DNA of 61,515 bases, the filler included. It is 6 parts of 6 records of this genome, joined end to end, with 100 filler letters (N's around TTAATTAATTAA, not from the genome) between each part and the next. Parts side by side here need not be neighbours in the genome. Positions count along the whole stretch, not along the records: positions 17,704 to 27,314 come from SRR20825010_185; positions 27,415 to 34,783 come from SRR20825010_188; 4 more parts are not named here. One strand, given 5' to 3'. The translations under genes were made by a program, and so were the position numbers. This document shows positions 20,677-29,751 of the stretch, piece by piece (position 1 is the stretch's first letter; each line of letters starts with the position of its first letter). A model generated the notes under the pieces. That model did no database searches. It was not told the DNA's origin and saw only the letters and a program-made list of their open reading frames with translations.

Positions 20677-21384
20677 ACAGTACTTTTTTCTTAGTTCGGC
20701 AGCTTCTTTGTCTGTTTTATAGCCATGTAGTAAAAGTCCCTCAGCGCAACTTATCTTTTTTTCCTCAATTTGTTTTAAAACAAAACTTTTGTATTCATTG
20801 GTTTTTTTAAAGCGATTTGGAACCAGTTTTATTAATTTTTTAGCATCCATATTTGATAGCTTTTCGCTTTTTACCAACTTAAAGATCGTGTTTTCTAGTT
20901 CCTTATAATGTAGTTCATTTTCCAATTTAAAATTGAACTTATAGGTATCGGAATTGGCAACCAATAGAATGTAATTTTTTATCCCGAGACTTCTTCTTTC
21001 TATTGGATTTCTATATGTCAAATTAATTCTTTCTCCATAATAAGCATCTATCCCGAACTGTATTTCGGCAAGTTCAGAGTATTTAAAATTCTTTGAATAA
21101 TCAATGATGAGTCCGTCTTTATTAAATTCTATATGGCCATCTTTTTTTGATGCAATACGTTCAAAATCGTAAAATTGAAACAAGTATGCGCTTATTATTG
21201 GGATTAATGCCACCAAGAAAAAAGGAAATACTAAATCCTGAATATTGTCAAAAAGGGGCATTTCCTTATTTAGAAATATTAGAACGAATACAAAGCCAAA
21301 AATTAAAATACCAGACCAAAATAATTGTTTGGTAACGGAAAGTCTACCTTTAAAAATCTGGTATTTATATGCTGTAAATTTCAA
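20671..21384 (-). CDS. Hypothetical membrane protein with two N-terminal TM helices (candidate cassette gene)
   Basis: 237-aa ORF with two hydrophobic segments then a soluble domain; TTG start uncertain. Confidence 0.7.
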   Translation of the reverse strand: MKFTAYKYQIFKGRLSVTKQLFWSGILIFGFVFVLIFLNKEMPLFDNIQDLVFPFFLVALIPIISAYLFQFYDFERIASKKDGHIEFNKDGLIIDYSKNFKYSELAEIQFGIDAYYGERINLTYRNPIERRSLGIKNYILLVANSDTYKFNFKLENELHYKELENTIFKLVKSEKLSNMDAKKLIKLVPNRFKKTNEYKSFVLKQIEEKKISCAEGLLLHGYKTDKEAAELRKKYCG

Positions 21385-21506
21385 TTTAGAAATATTAGTG
21401 CTAAGTTTTGAACTAAAACAAATGGGCAGGTAGGTCTTTCGTCTTAACCTGAGCCTTTGTTTTTGCCTACCACTCCTTTAACATTGATTGTTTTTTTTAG
21501 TTTTTT

Positions 21507-22790
21507 TTATTCTATTTCAGACCTATCCGAAAGTGCATCAAATTTTGCTTTCATCGTAGGATTGCCGTGGGTCAATTTTTTTATGGTTAGATCATCTGCT
21601 TTATTATTCGCCAGGCGTAGGTTGTTCTCCGATGATAACAGTGCATCTTTTGTTTTTTGAAGATGACTAATTGTTTTGTCTATTTCATCAATGGCAGTTT
21701 TGAATTTGCGACTTGCCAAATCGTAGTTATAGGCAAAACCTTTTCTAAAGGCATCAATCTTTTCTTCAAAATTGGTAATATCCACATTTTGATTTCTCAT
21801 CAAATTTAGTTCTGCTTTGTACTTCAAAGAATTCATTGCCGCATTACGTAGCAGTGTTATTATTGGTATGAAGAATTGAGGCCGTACTACATACATTTTT
21901 TCGAATCTATGTGAAACATCAACTATTCCAGTATTATAGAATTCATTTTCTGATTCCAAGAGCGATACTAAAACGGCATATTCACAATTCTTATCTTTAC
22001 GATCCTTGTCAAGTTTAGCAAAGAAATCCTCGTTTCTTTTTTTTGTCGCAGTTTCATCATTTTCATTTTTCATTTCGAACATAATGGAAATAATTTCATT
22101 ACCGGCATCATCAGTTTCTTTATAAATAAAATCGCCCTTATTGCCAGTTTTGGAATCATTGTCTTTTTCAAAGTAAGCGTTTTGAAAAGCGGTTGCACGT
22201 AATTTGTTGAATTCCGTTTCACAGTGTTGTTCCAAAGTTTCGCCAACCATTTTCGTAGAAAGTTTCTGTTTGAAGTCTTTTAAACGAGCAATTTCATCGT
22301 CTTTCATTTTGATTGTTTCATCCTTTGCGATTAGTCTGTTACTAAACTGTTCTGTAATAGACTTTTCAAGTAACTGTGTCTCGGTTTCTTTAATCTTCAA
22401 ATTATTAGCAAGATTATCACGCTCTTTTTCAATCATTTTAACTGCCTCTGAGACCGACAGTTTTTTATCCATTTCTGCATTTTGGATTCTGGATTTCATT
22501 TCAGCGATTTCCGCTTCTTTTTTTGCCAACTTATCAGCTAGATCAGCATCACTGTTAGCCTTTAGTAGTGTTAGCTCATTATCCTTTTTGGCAAGCTGTT
22601 CTTGTAATGCGTTTCTAATGTTAGCCTCCGCAAGCTTAACGGCACTTTCCTTTTCCCTCTCCGCTAGACCTAGTCTATTATTTAGCTCTTCTTCAAATTG
22701 ATGGTCTCTAACTTGTTTAAGTATATCAGCAAAACCAGCCTCATCAACTTTAAAGGCTTTTTTACAATTTGGACAAATAATTTCGTTCAT
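21507..22790 (-). CDS. DUF2130 family coiled-coil protein
   Basis: IICPNC...F, long coiled coil, [20 protein letters not shown]...[27 protein letters not shown]. Confidence 0.88.
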   Translation of the reverse strand: MNEIICPNCKKAFKVDEAGFADILKQVRDHQFEEELNNRLGLAEREKESAVKLAEANIRNALQEQLAKKDNELTLLKANSDADLADKLAKKEAEIAEMKSRIQNAEMDKKLSVSEAVKMIEKERDNLANNLKIKETETQLLEKSITEQFSNRLIAKDETIKMKDDEIARLKDFKQKLSTKMVGETLEQHCETEFNKLRATAFQNAYFEKDNDSKTGNKGDFIYKETDDAGNEIISIMFEMKNENDETATKKRNEDFFAKLDKDRKDKNCEYAVLVSLLESENEFYNTGIVDVSHRFEKMYVVRPQFFIPIITLLRNAAMNSLKYKAELNLMRNQNVDITNFEEKIDAFRKGFAYNYDLASRKFKTAIDEIDKTISHLQKTKDALLSSENNLRLANNKADDLTIKKLTHGNPTMKAKFDALSDRSEIE

Positions 22791-22808
22791 ATTATTTTTC
22801 TTTAAATA

Positions 22809-22939
22809 GGACAACGGTTAGTGTATGAAAAGTAGGCGATTTCGACGCACCCAACTTTTGGTTATGCACAAAGTTAGAAACGAGCCAAAAGTTTTGATTT
22901 TATTGCTGTTTCGCCCATTTTTTATATACATTGTTATGG
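22809..22939 (-). repeat. attC-like imperfect inverted repeat (~131 bp)
   Basis: On - strand CCATAAC...GTTGTCC ends; outer stem 22822-22839 with 22911-22928; inner stem 22853-22863 with 22883-22893. Confidence 0.65.
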
Positions 22940-22946
22940 AAAGTGC

Positions 22947-24815
22947 TTACTTAATAATTACTACTTCATCTTCACTAAACCAGTCTAATCCTAACAAATT
23001 AGTCTTTAGTTGCTCTACATTATCAGTATAGGCAACTATAGCCAAACTGTCTTTAGCTCTACTACACGCCACATAAAAAAGACGAGAGGTGCGATCTATG
23101 CCTGTTTCTTTACCTTCCGCAATATTTTGATTATCATTTTTAGATAGTTCCTTTAAACCGAAAAGTTTGTCATAACTGAACATAAATCCTTTCGACTCTT
23201 CATCATCAATAATTACCACAGCTCTGTCAAATTCCAAACCTTTCACTCCTTGATGAGTACCGAAATTTGAACTGTCAGATACATAATCGTTGTATTTAAT
23301 GATTTCATGGAATTTTGACTGTAAGGCTTGATCCCAAGCTAGAAGATTTTCGTCATCATCTTTTTGTTCTTCATCATCACCAGAACTTTTTGTCCTTTCA
23401 ATAGATAATTTTAAGTCACTTGGAATAATAAATAATCTTGACTCACTAATTTCTAGTAGCAAATCCATTAAAGTTGGGTACTTATCTCCTTCCCACAGAT
23501 TTAATAAACTGTCAACATTTTTTTTCGCTTGATTTAATATTCCTTTTTTGTCCGTTTCTTCGATAATATATTTTTCATCAAATAGGGGGCAGTCTCGTTT
23601 TACGATATTTGAAATTTCGAATTTATTATCGGTTTTAAATGCATTATATAATGGTAATATTGTTTTTATAAAAAAATTAACACTAGTCAAAGTTCCTTCA
23701 AGTAATCCTTGTTTTAATTTATCAACTTGATATAAGGGATTGAAAAAAGTGCTGAAACCCATTCTAATTGCTGCCATGTGATGCTCTAGAGTTAGGGTTT
23801 TTACAGAATTGTAATTATTCCATTTTTCATCAGCCGTAAGTTCAGACATTTTTTCCTTTATCAGATTTTCAACCGTTAATTTATCAGATTTTCTTGGGAC
23901 GATAAATAACCTTACAATTCCACCTACGTTTTCTACACGAGCTAACTGTTGTTGTCCATCAATATCTTTTCTAATTTTATTATTTAGTTCAATGATTCTA
24001 GATTTTGATCGATGATTCATTTTTTTTACTGGTTTTAACCAATCTTCAGGTAATTCTTCTCCAAGTTTTTCTTTACCATCACTATAAATACGTTGCATTG
24101 TATCACCAAACAAGCCCAATGAAAATCTATTTTTATTTTCGGATTGCAATACAAACAAAGATTCAATTAAATCTTTTTTAGTGTCTTGACTTTCATCAAT
24201 TAAAACAATGGGATATTTATTAATCAAAATCTGTTTAAACAAATCCATTGAATTAAGAAAAAAACAAGTAATAGAAATAACTTCAGAATGATTTAATGAT
24301 GCTTTGGTATAATTATCCCCATTTGGATTGTAAATAAACTTGTTTATTAACGGTAGAGCAATTAATCTTTTATTTTTTGATTCTAATTTTTTTCTATTCG
24401 AGATTGCAGTTTTATTATTTGGATCTCTAGCTTTTTCGAGTTTGTCCTCAAGATCCTTTATAGATTCTTGAATATCTGTTTCAACCCATTTTTTTATATC
24501 TGAAGTATAATTTTTAATTAGTTCCCAACAAAAACTATGTATTGTACTTACGTTAAAAATTGAATCGTAAGACAATCTGTGATTAATTTCATTAGCAGCA
24601 GCATTTGTGTAAGTTATTATGGCAATTTTTCGATTACGAAGTCTGTAATCTTGTCCATATGCTTCCTTGAATGCAGTTAAAACATTAACTAATGTTCGTG
24701 TTTTCCCAGAACCCGCGCCCGCAAAAAGGAAGAAGCTTTTTGGGGATTTTGGATTCAAACAGTTGAAAATATCATCATCAACTTGTTGGTCAATGTCATT
24801 ATTTTCAGCTATCAT
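22947..24815 (-). CDS. UvrD-like SF1 helicase (Gabija GajB-like)
   Basis: AGAGSGKT, ITYTNAA, STIHSF, IDESQD, GDTMQRIY, NHRS, THQGVKGLEF, LFYVACSRA; ATGA overlap with the OLD nuclease gene. Confidence 0.88.
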   Translation of the reverse strand: MIAENNDIDQQVDDDIFNCLNPKSPKSFFLFAGAGSGKTRTLVNVLTAFKEAYGQDYRLRNRKIAIITYTNAAANEINHRLSYDSIFNVSTIHSFCWELIKNYTSDIKKWVETDIQESIKDLEDKLEKARDPNNKTAISNRKKLESKNKRLIALPLINKFIYNPNGDNYTKASLNHSEVISITCFFLNSMDLFKQILINKYPIVLIDESQDTKKDLIESLFVLQSENKNRFSLGLFGDTMQRIYSDGKEKLGEELPEDWLKPVKKMNHRSKSRIIELNNKIRKDIDGQQQLARVENVGGIVRLFIVPRKSDKLTVENLIKEKMSELTADEKWNNYNSVKTLTLEHHMAAIRMGFSTFFNPLYQVDKLKQGLLEGTLTSVNFFIKTILPLYNAFKTDNKFEISNIVKRDCPLFDEKYIIEETDKKGILNQAKKNVDSLLNLWEGDKYPTLMDLLLEISESRLFIIPSDLKLSIERTKSSGDDEEQKDDDENLLAWDQALQSKFHEIIKYNDYVSDSSNFGTHQGVKGLEFDRAVVIIDDEESKGFMFSYDKLFGLKELSKNDNQNIAEGKETGIDRTSRLFYVACSRAKDSLAIVAYTDNVEQLKTNLLGLDWFSEDEVVIIK

Positions 24816-27001
24816 GATAATGGTGTTTTAGATTCAGCAATATTTTTTGTTGGCTTCAAAACTTCTTCTAACCAATCCAAACCTTCTTTAATGTAATTGG
24901 GCACCTTTAAATCTTCTGGTGCTTCAAAATATAATACATCGAGCGCAAATTCAGCCTTTTTTACACCATCACTATTTATTGCATCATAAGCTTTTTGAGC
25001 AGCAATATTTTTATCCACTTCATTAGCAGCTTCAACCATTTTTTTCAACAAACCAGATGTTGCTGTAATTGCTTTAAATTTATCTATGTTCTCCAAAACT
25101 AGTGCATCTTCAAATGTATAGGGGTATACTTTTGTTCCAGATAAATCTATTTCTATTTGGTAGGCAACCCTGATGGGATATTCTGTTAATAATTTACCCT
25201 CAAACTTCAGTTTTATCAGTTCATCAACTTTTGACAAATTAGGATTCCATGTCTTTAAAGAGTCATTATTGGTTATCTGGTCAACCCCTAATTTTGGTTT
25301 ACATTTTCTATATTTATCTTTAGGTGGATTTTTTGAAGCATCAGTATATTTTTCTTGAGAGTCTAAATCTGTTATAATTAAAGTTGCTAAACCTAGTTTC
25401 TCTATAAGTGGTTTTAGTCTATGCGCATGACTTCCTCCTATTTCTAAGATCGTTATATAGCAACTATCAAGAACTGCGTGATGATTTTTAATAAAGTGCG
25501 GTATTAACATTCTTTCCGCTGGTCCTTCAACTAATATAGTTGCGTCTGCAAAGAATAAATCATTATGAGTTGTATTTAAATATCGTATTACAAATTTTTC
25601 AGTTTCATTTTCTACTGGTATAGTAGAATCGAAAACTGATTTTATACTTAACACTTCAGATGTAGGTGTCGTTGATATTATATTTCTTTTAAAATATCTT
25701 AAACTTTCAAATTTTTGATGCGCTATGTAACTAGAGTGAGTACTAATTACTAATTGCGTAGTAAAATCAATTTTCAAACCCAAATTATCATGAGCTCTTA
25801 AAATATCATAAGCTTTTTTTATAAATACTTGTTGAACTTGCGCATGTAAATGAGCTTCTGGTTCTTCTATTAGTACTAAATGAATTGGTTCAATAATTTT
25901 ATCATCAGATAAGTTTTTACCTTTTTTCATCCATTCATCTCGAAAGCGAATTAATTTAAAAACCATTGAAATTAAGTTTTGGTAACCTAATCCATTGTAT
26001 TTCTCAGGTAATGAAAGACCTTCTTCTAAATTGTATCTAACTGCTGAATCATGATCTAAGCCATCTGTAGCTTTAATAAGTGATGCTAATGTTATTTGCG
26101 GATTTCCAAATCCGGGATAATTTAAGTCACTTAGCTCCTTAAGTGGAGCTTCAAAACTTGAAGTCAAATTTTTGTCAAATGTACTCTGTGCTTCATTTAG
26201 CTTTTCAAGTGCTTCTAAATCTTTTTCATTAGGCTCAATCGAAGGGTTTAAATGTTTGTCATAATAAGAGCGAAGTTGCGAAGACAATGATTTATTACTA
26301 TTAGATTCAGGATTATCTGAATTAGCATCACTAAATCCACGTTGAGCGTTAATTGTATGAATTTTTATTAAACCATTTAAAGGGTTGCCTTCAAGTTCGA
26401 TATTAAGTTCAGTAAGTTCTTGGTCTTCCTTATATTTGTCAGGATCTAGTAAAAATGATTTTACTTCAAATAAAGTTTTCAATTTCTTATCACAAAATTG
26501 CCAGAAACTCGCAGGCCAAAGATCTACCGCTTTACCTGATTTTGAATTCAATTCTAATACTTTGGTTCTTGCAATTAGGTATTCCTCTATAACTACTTCT
26601 ATATCTTTAGGCTGTAAAATGAGCCTTAAACCAAGTAAACCTCCATACCAGTCAAGTGTTGGAATTATATGACTTATATATCTTAATTCGGAAATATCGA
26701 CATTAAACCACAAATCTAAGGAAGGTAAATAAGGTTCAAGTATTTTTATACTCCTATCACCATCCTCTAAATTTTCTTTTGTAATCCATAATTCTGCAAT
26801 CTCATTTAATTCCTTCCAATTTGTAATTGTGAAATCTTGAGTTTTAAAATCTTTCGTTTCTAGAAAAGCAATTAATGCATCCATTGCGGAAGTTTTACCA
26901 CTATTATTTGCACCAACAAATATTGTTTCTTTATCAGAAAATTCAATTCTACAACTTTTGAGTTTCCTGAAATTTTTTATTTTGACGAATTCAATTTTCA
27001 T
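24812..27001 (-). CDS. OLD-family ATP-dependent endonuclease, ABC ATPase plus TOPRIM (Gabija GajA-like)
   Basis: IKNFRK, GANNSGKT, GLGYQNL, IEEPEAHLH, STHS, DLFFAD..ILVEG..E, ITDLD, TFE, KAEFA. Confidence 0.9.
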   Translation of the reverse strand: MKIEFVKIKNFRKLKSCRIEFSDKETIFVGANNSGKTSAMDALIAFLETKDFKTQDFTITNWKELNEIAELWITKENLEDGDRSIKILEPYLPSLDLWFNVDISELRYISHIIPTLDWYGGLLGLRLILQPKDIEVVIEEYLIARTKVLELNSKSGKAVDLWPASFWQFCDKKLKTLFEVKSFLLDPDKYKEDQELTELNIELEGNPLNGLIKIHTINAQRGFSDANSDNPESNSNKSLSSQLRSYYDKHLNPSIEPNEKDLEALEKLNEAQSTFDKNLTSSFEAPLKELSDLNYPGFGNPQITLASLIKATDGLDHDSAVRYNLEEGLSLPEKYNGLGYQNLISMVFKLIRFRDEWMKKGKNLSDDKIIEPIHLVLIEEPEAHLHAQVQQVFIKKAYDILRAHDNLGLKIDFTTQLVISTHSSYIAHQKFESLRYFKRNIISTTPTSEVLSIKSVFDSTIPVENETEKFVIRYLNTTHNDLFFADATILVEGPAERMLIPHFIKNHHAVLDSCYITILEIGGSHAHRLKPLIEKLGLATLIITDLDSQEKYTDASKNPPKDKYRKCKPKLGVDQITNNDSLKTWNPNLSKVDELIKLKFEGKLLTEYPIRVAYQIEIDLSGTKVYPYTFEDALVLENIDKFKAITATSGLLKKMVEAANEVDKNIAAQKAYDAINSDGVKKAEFALDVLYFEAPEDLKVPNYIKEGLDWLEEVLKPTKNIAESKTPLS

Positions 27002-27030
27002 ACTTCATAATTATAGCGTAGTTAGGTAAC

Positions 27031-27069
27031 GCATTTTCCATAACAATTGGATATCATCAATGATGATAT
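27031..27069 (-). promoter_or_regulatory. Candidate recombination site: GTT core plus adjacent perfect palindrome
   Basis: GCATTTTCCATAAC at 27031-27044; ATATCATCA-A-TGATGATAT at 27051-27069. Confidence 0.45.
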
Positions 27070-27314
27070 ACTACTTATAGCACACCATAAAACAACTAGG
27101 CCGCAACTAGATATCTTTAATTGTCCTATAATTCTTATTATTCCAATAAAATTTTCGTGGGTGGGCAGCGGGGGGAGTACTACAACCAAGAGTTTGTTTC
27201 TAACCTTCTAAGTTAGCAAATATTGGTTTTGGTATTTGCTTAATCGATGAAGTACGGTTATATCCGACAAACGGGTGGAACAAGTTGAAAGTTATAATGT
27301 TGAAAGTTTTAAAG

Positions 27315-27414
27315 NNNNNNNNNNNNNNNNNNNNNNNNNNNNNNNNNNNNNNNNNNNNTTAATTAATTAANNNNNNNNNNNNNNNNNNNNNNNNNNNNNN
27401 NNNNNNNNNNNNNN
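27315..27414. other. Artificial contig linker
   Basis: N44-TTAATTAATTAA-N44. Confidence 0.99.
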
Positions 27415-27415
27415 G

Positions 27416-28597
27416 TCGGGCATCACCATGAGTTTTCAGTTCGGCACTAACTGGCCCGGGTTCATGGAGCGGGCGGGGAATATCGCCGGCCCGTTGCTGG
27501 GGTATGAAGTGCTGACGGCCTTTTTTCTGGAAGCCTCATTTCTTGGCATCATGCTGTTCGGGAAAAACCGGGTGTCCAACCGCCTTCACCTGGTGTCCTG
27601 TGCGCTGGTGGCGGTGGGGACCAGTTTCTCCGCATTCTGGATCCTCAGCCTGAATTCCTGGATGCAGACCCCCACCGGATTCCGTCTTGAAGACGGCGTA
27701 TTTTTTGTGGACAGCTGGTGGGAGGCGATCTTCAACCCGTCTTTCCCCTATCGACTGGCCCACATGCTGAATGCTTCGCTGTTAACCGCGGCGTTTCTGA
27801 TCATGGGGGTGAGTGCCTGGCGAGCCAGGCGTCAGGTGGACGGCCCGGCGACCTGGAAAGTCATGCGTACCGGCGCATTGATGGCGGCGGTGCTCGCGCC
27901 ACTTCAGGTCTGGATTGGTGACTTGCATGGTTTGAATACGCTGGAGCATCAGCCCGCCAAGATTGCTGCCATGGAAGGCATATGGGAGACCGAAAAAGGG
28001 GCTCCACTGACGCTGTTTGGCTTCCCGGATGAAGAGGCAAAAACCAACCACATGGCCATTACCATTCCCCATGGAGCCAGCCTGATTCTGACCCATGACT
28101 GGAACGGGGAAATCCAGGGCCTGAATGAATTCGGCGACGATATTCCGCCGGTGGCGCCGGTGTTCTGGTCGTTCCGGGTCATGGTGGGCGTGGGCATGCT
28201 GATGGTATTGGTCGGCTGGTGGGCAGCATGGCGCCTGTTCCGGCGGCGTGATGAAAACCGGGACAACCAGATCTGGTTGCTGCGAGCCTTGTCAGTGATG
28301 ACCTTCTCGGGCTGGGTTGCGGTATTGGCGGGCTGGTACGTGACCGAGATCGGCCGTCAGCCGTGGATTGTCAGCGGGCTTTTGCGCACGTCCGAGGTGG
28401 TGGCCGATCACAGTAGTGCCACGGTGATGGGAACCCTGTTTGGTTATGTGCTGCTCTATGCCTTTTTGCTGGTGTCCTACATAGCCGCGTTGCGGTACAT
28501 GGCGACCAAACCGGCGCGTTCGCTGACACTGACGCCTCAGCAGCGGGCCATGAAGGCGGAAAGGATCGACGATGAATCAGCACAAGGAGAGGCGTGA
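27416..28597 (+). CDS. cydA: Cytochrome bd-type quinol oxidase subunit I (short Q-loop, CioA-like), 5' truncated
   Basis: FQFGTNW, EVLTAFFLEA, NSWMQTP, QPAKIAAMEG, GWYVTEIGRQPW. Confidence 0.93.
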   Translation, partial: SGITMSFQFGTNWPGFMERAGNIAGPLLGYEVLTAFFLEASFLGIMLFGKNRVSNRLHLVSCALVAVGTSFSAFWILSLNSWMQTPTGFRLEDGVFFVDSWWEAIFNPSFPYRLAHMLNASLLTAAFLIMGVSAWRARRQVDGPATWKVMRTGALMAAVLAPLQVWIGDLHGLNTLEHQPAKIAAMEGIWETEKGAPLTLFGFPDEEAKTNHMAITIPHGASLILTHDWNGEIQGLNEFGDDIPPVAPVFWSFRVMVGVGMLMVLVGWWAAWRLFRRRDENRDNQIWLLRALSVMTFSGWVAVLAGWYVTEIGRQPWIVSGLLRTSEVVADHSSATVMGTLFGYVLLYAFLLVSYIAALRYMATKPARSLTLTPQQRAMKAERIDDESAQGEA

Positions 28598-29595
28598 TGG
28601 ATCTGGGATACTGGCTTCCGCTGTTCTTTGCCGGCGCCATGGGGTTGGCGCTGCTGATTTATGTGGTGCTTGATGGGTATGATCTGGGCATCGGCTTGCT
28701 GTTGCCCTTTGCCGATGAGGACGAGAAGGATGTCATGGTGGCCGCCATCGGCCCGTTCTGGGATGCCAACGAAACCTGGATCGTGCTGGGCGTGGGTATC
28801 TTGCTGATCGCTTTTCCCCAAGCTCATGGATTGGTGCTGACCTCGCTCTATCTGCCCGTGACGCTGATGCTTATGGGGCTGATACTGCGCGGTGTGTCGT
28901 TTGATTTCCGGGTCAAGGCAGGGGACAAGCACAAGGCCAAATGGAACATGCTTTTTGCCGTGGGGTCCCTGATAGCCTCGGTGTCCCAGGGCTGGATGCT
29001 GGGCGCTTTTGTGACCGGTCTCACCGGGGATGCCACCAACACCTTGTTCGCCTTTTTAATTGCGCTGGCTCTGCCGGCACTCTACATCATGCTGGGGGCC
29101 TCCTGGTTACTGATCAAGACTGAAGGGGCGCTATTTAAAAAGGCGGTGCATTGGGGGCGGCTAGCGGTGTTGCCAATGGGGGCATTTTTATTGCTGATCT
29201 CCATTGCCACGCCGCTGGTCAGTGCCACGATTGCAGAGAAATGGTTCACCCTGCCCAACGCCATTGGTCTGATGCCCATTCCGATTGCCACAGGGCTGGC
29301 GTATGCCGGATTGATCTGGGTGTTTAACAGCAACCGGATTCTACACAACGGGTATGGCTGGTTGGCGTTTCTGTCGTTGATTGTGATGTGTGTGCTGGCG
29401 AGTATCGGGCTGGCTTACAGCCTGTTTCCGGATATTGTGCTGGGGCGGTTGTCGATCTGGGAAGCCGCATCGGCGACGGAATCGTTGTTGTTCACGTTCT
29501 GGGGAACGGTGATTACGCTACCAATGATTCTTTGTTATACGTTTTTTATCTACCGGGTCTTTCGCGGCAAGGCCACAGACCTGAGCTACGAATAG
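28597..29595 (+). CDS. cydB: Cytochrome bd-type quinol oxidase subunit II
   Basis: LDGYDLGIG, GPFWDANETW, LRGVSFDFR. Confidence 0.93.
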   Translation: MDLGYWLPLFFAGAMGLALLIYVVLDGYDLGIGLLLPFADEDEKDVMVAAIGPFWDANETWIVLGVGILLIAFPQAHGLVLTSLYLPVTLMLMGLILRGVSFDFRVKAGDKHKAKWNMLFAVGSLIASVSQGWMLGAFVTGLTGDATNTLFAFLIALALPALYIMLGASWLLIKTEGALFKKAVHWGRLAVLPMGAFLLLISIATPLVSATIAEKWFTLPNAIGLMPIPIATGLAYAGLIWVFNSNRILHNGYGWLAFLSLIVMCVLASIGLAYSLFPDIVLGRLSIWEAASATESLLFTFWGTVITLPMILCYTFFIYRVFRGKATDLSYE

Positions 29596-29712
29596 AAAAG
29601 GTGCTTCGCGGATTAGAGTAAATAACATGCTTCTCGCCATCGGCCTGGTTTATCCCGCATACCCGGCGCTTTGCCAAACGCTTGACGCCGGATGCCTGGC
29701 GTAAACCGCCAT

Positions 29713-29742
29713 AAAAAAGGGCGCCTGTTGGCGCCCTTTTTT
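29713..29742. terminator. Bidirectional intrinsic terminator
   Basis: AAAAAAGGGCGCC-TGTT-GGCGCCCTTTTTT between convergent genes. Confidence 0.9.
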
Positions 29743-29751
29743 ATTTTCCTG

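Noticed and set aside
20523-20678. N-terminal extensions of listed ORFs (also 18369-18521, 33427-33564, 55935-56024)
   Set aside because: Downstream ATGs give clean signal peptides; the extensions are intergenic read-through.
22930-27047. Flanking inverted 17-mers as transposon terminal repeats
   Set aside because: No transposase and no target-site duplication; one copy is part of a larger attC-like hairpin, so the cassette reading fits better.
27315-27430. Sharp GC jumps as genomic-island boundaries
   Set aside because: They coincide with linkers between contigs from different organisms.
29627-29704. 25-codon ORF after cydB as a possible cydX
   Set aside because: No CydX-like MWYF.W.LG pattern and no convincing TM helix.
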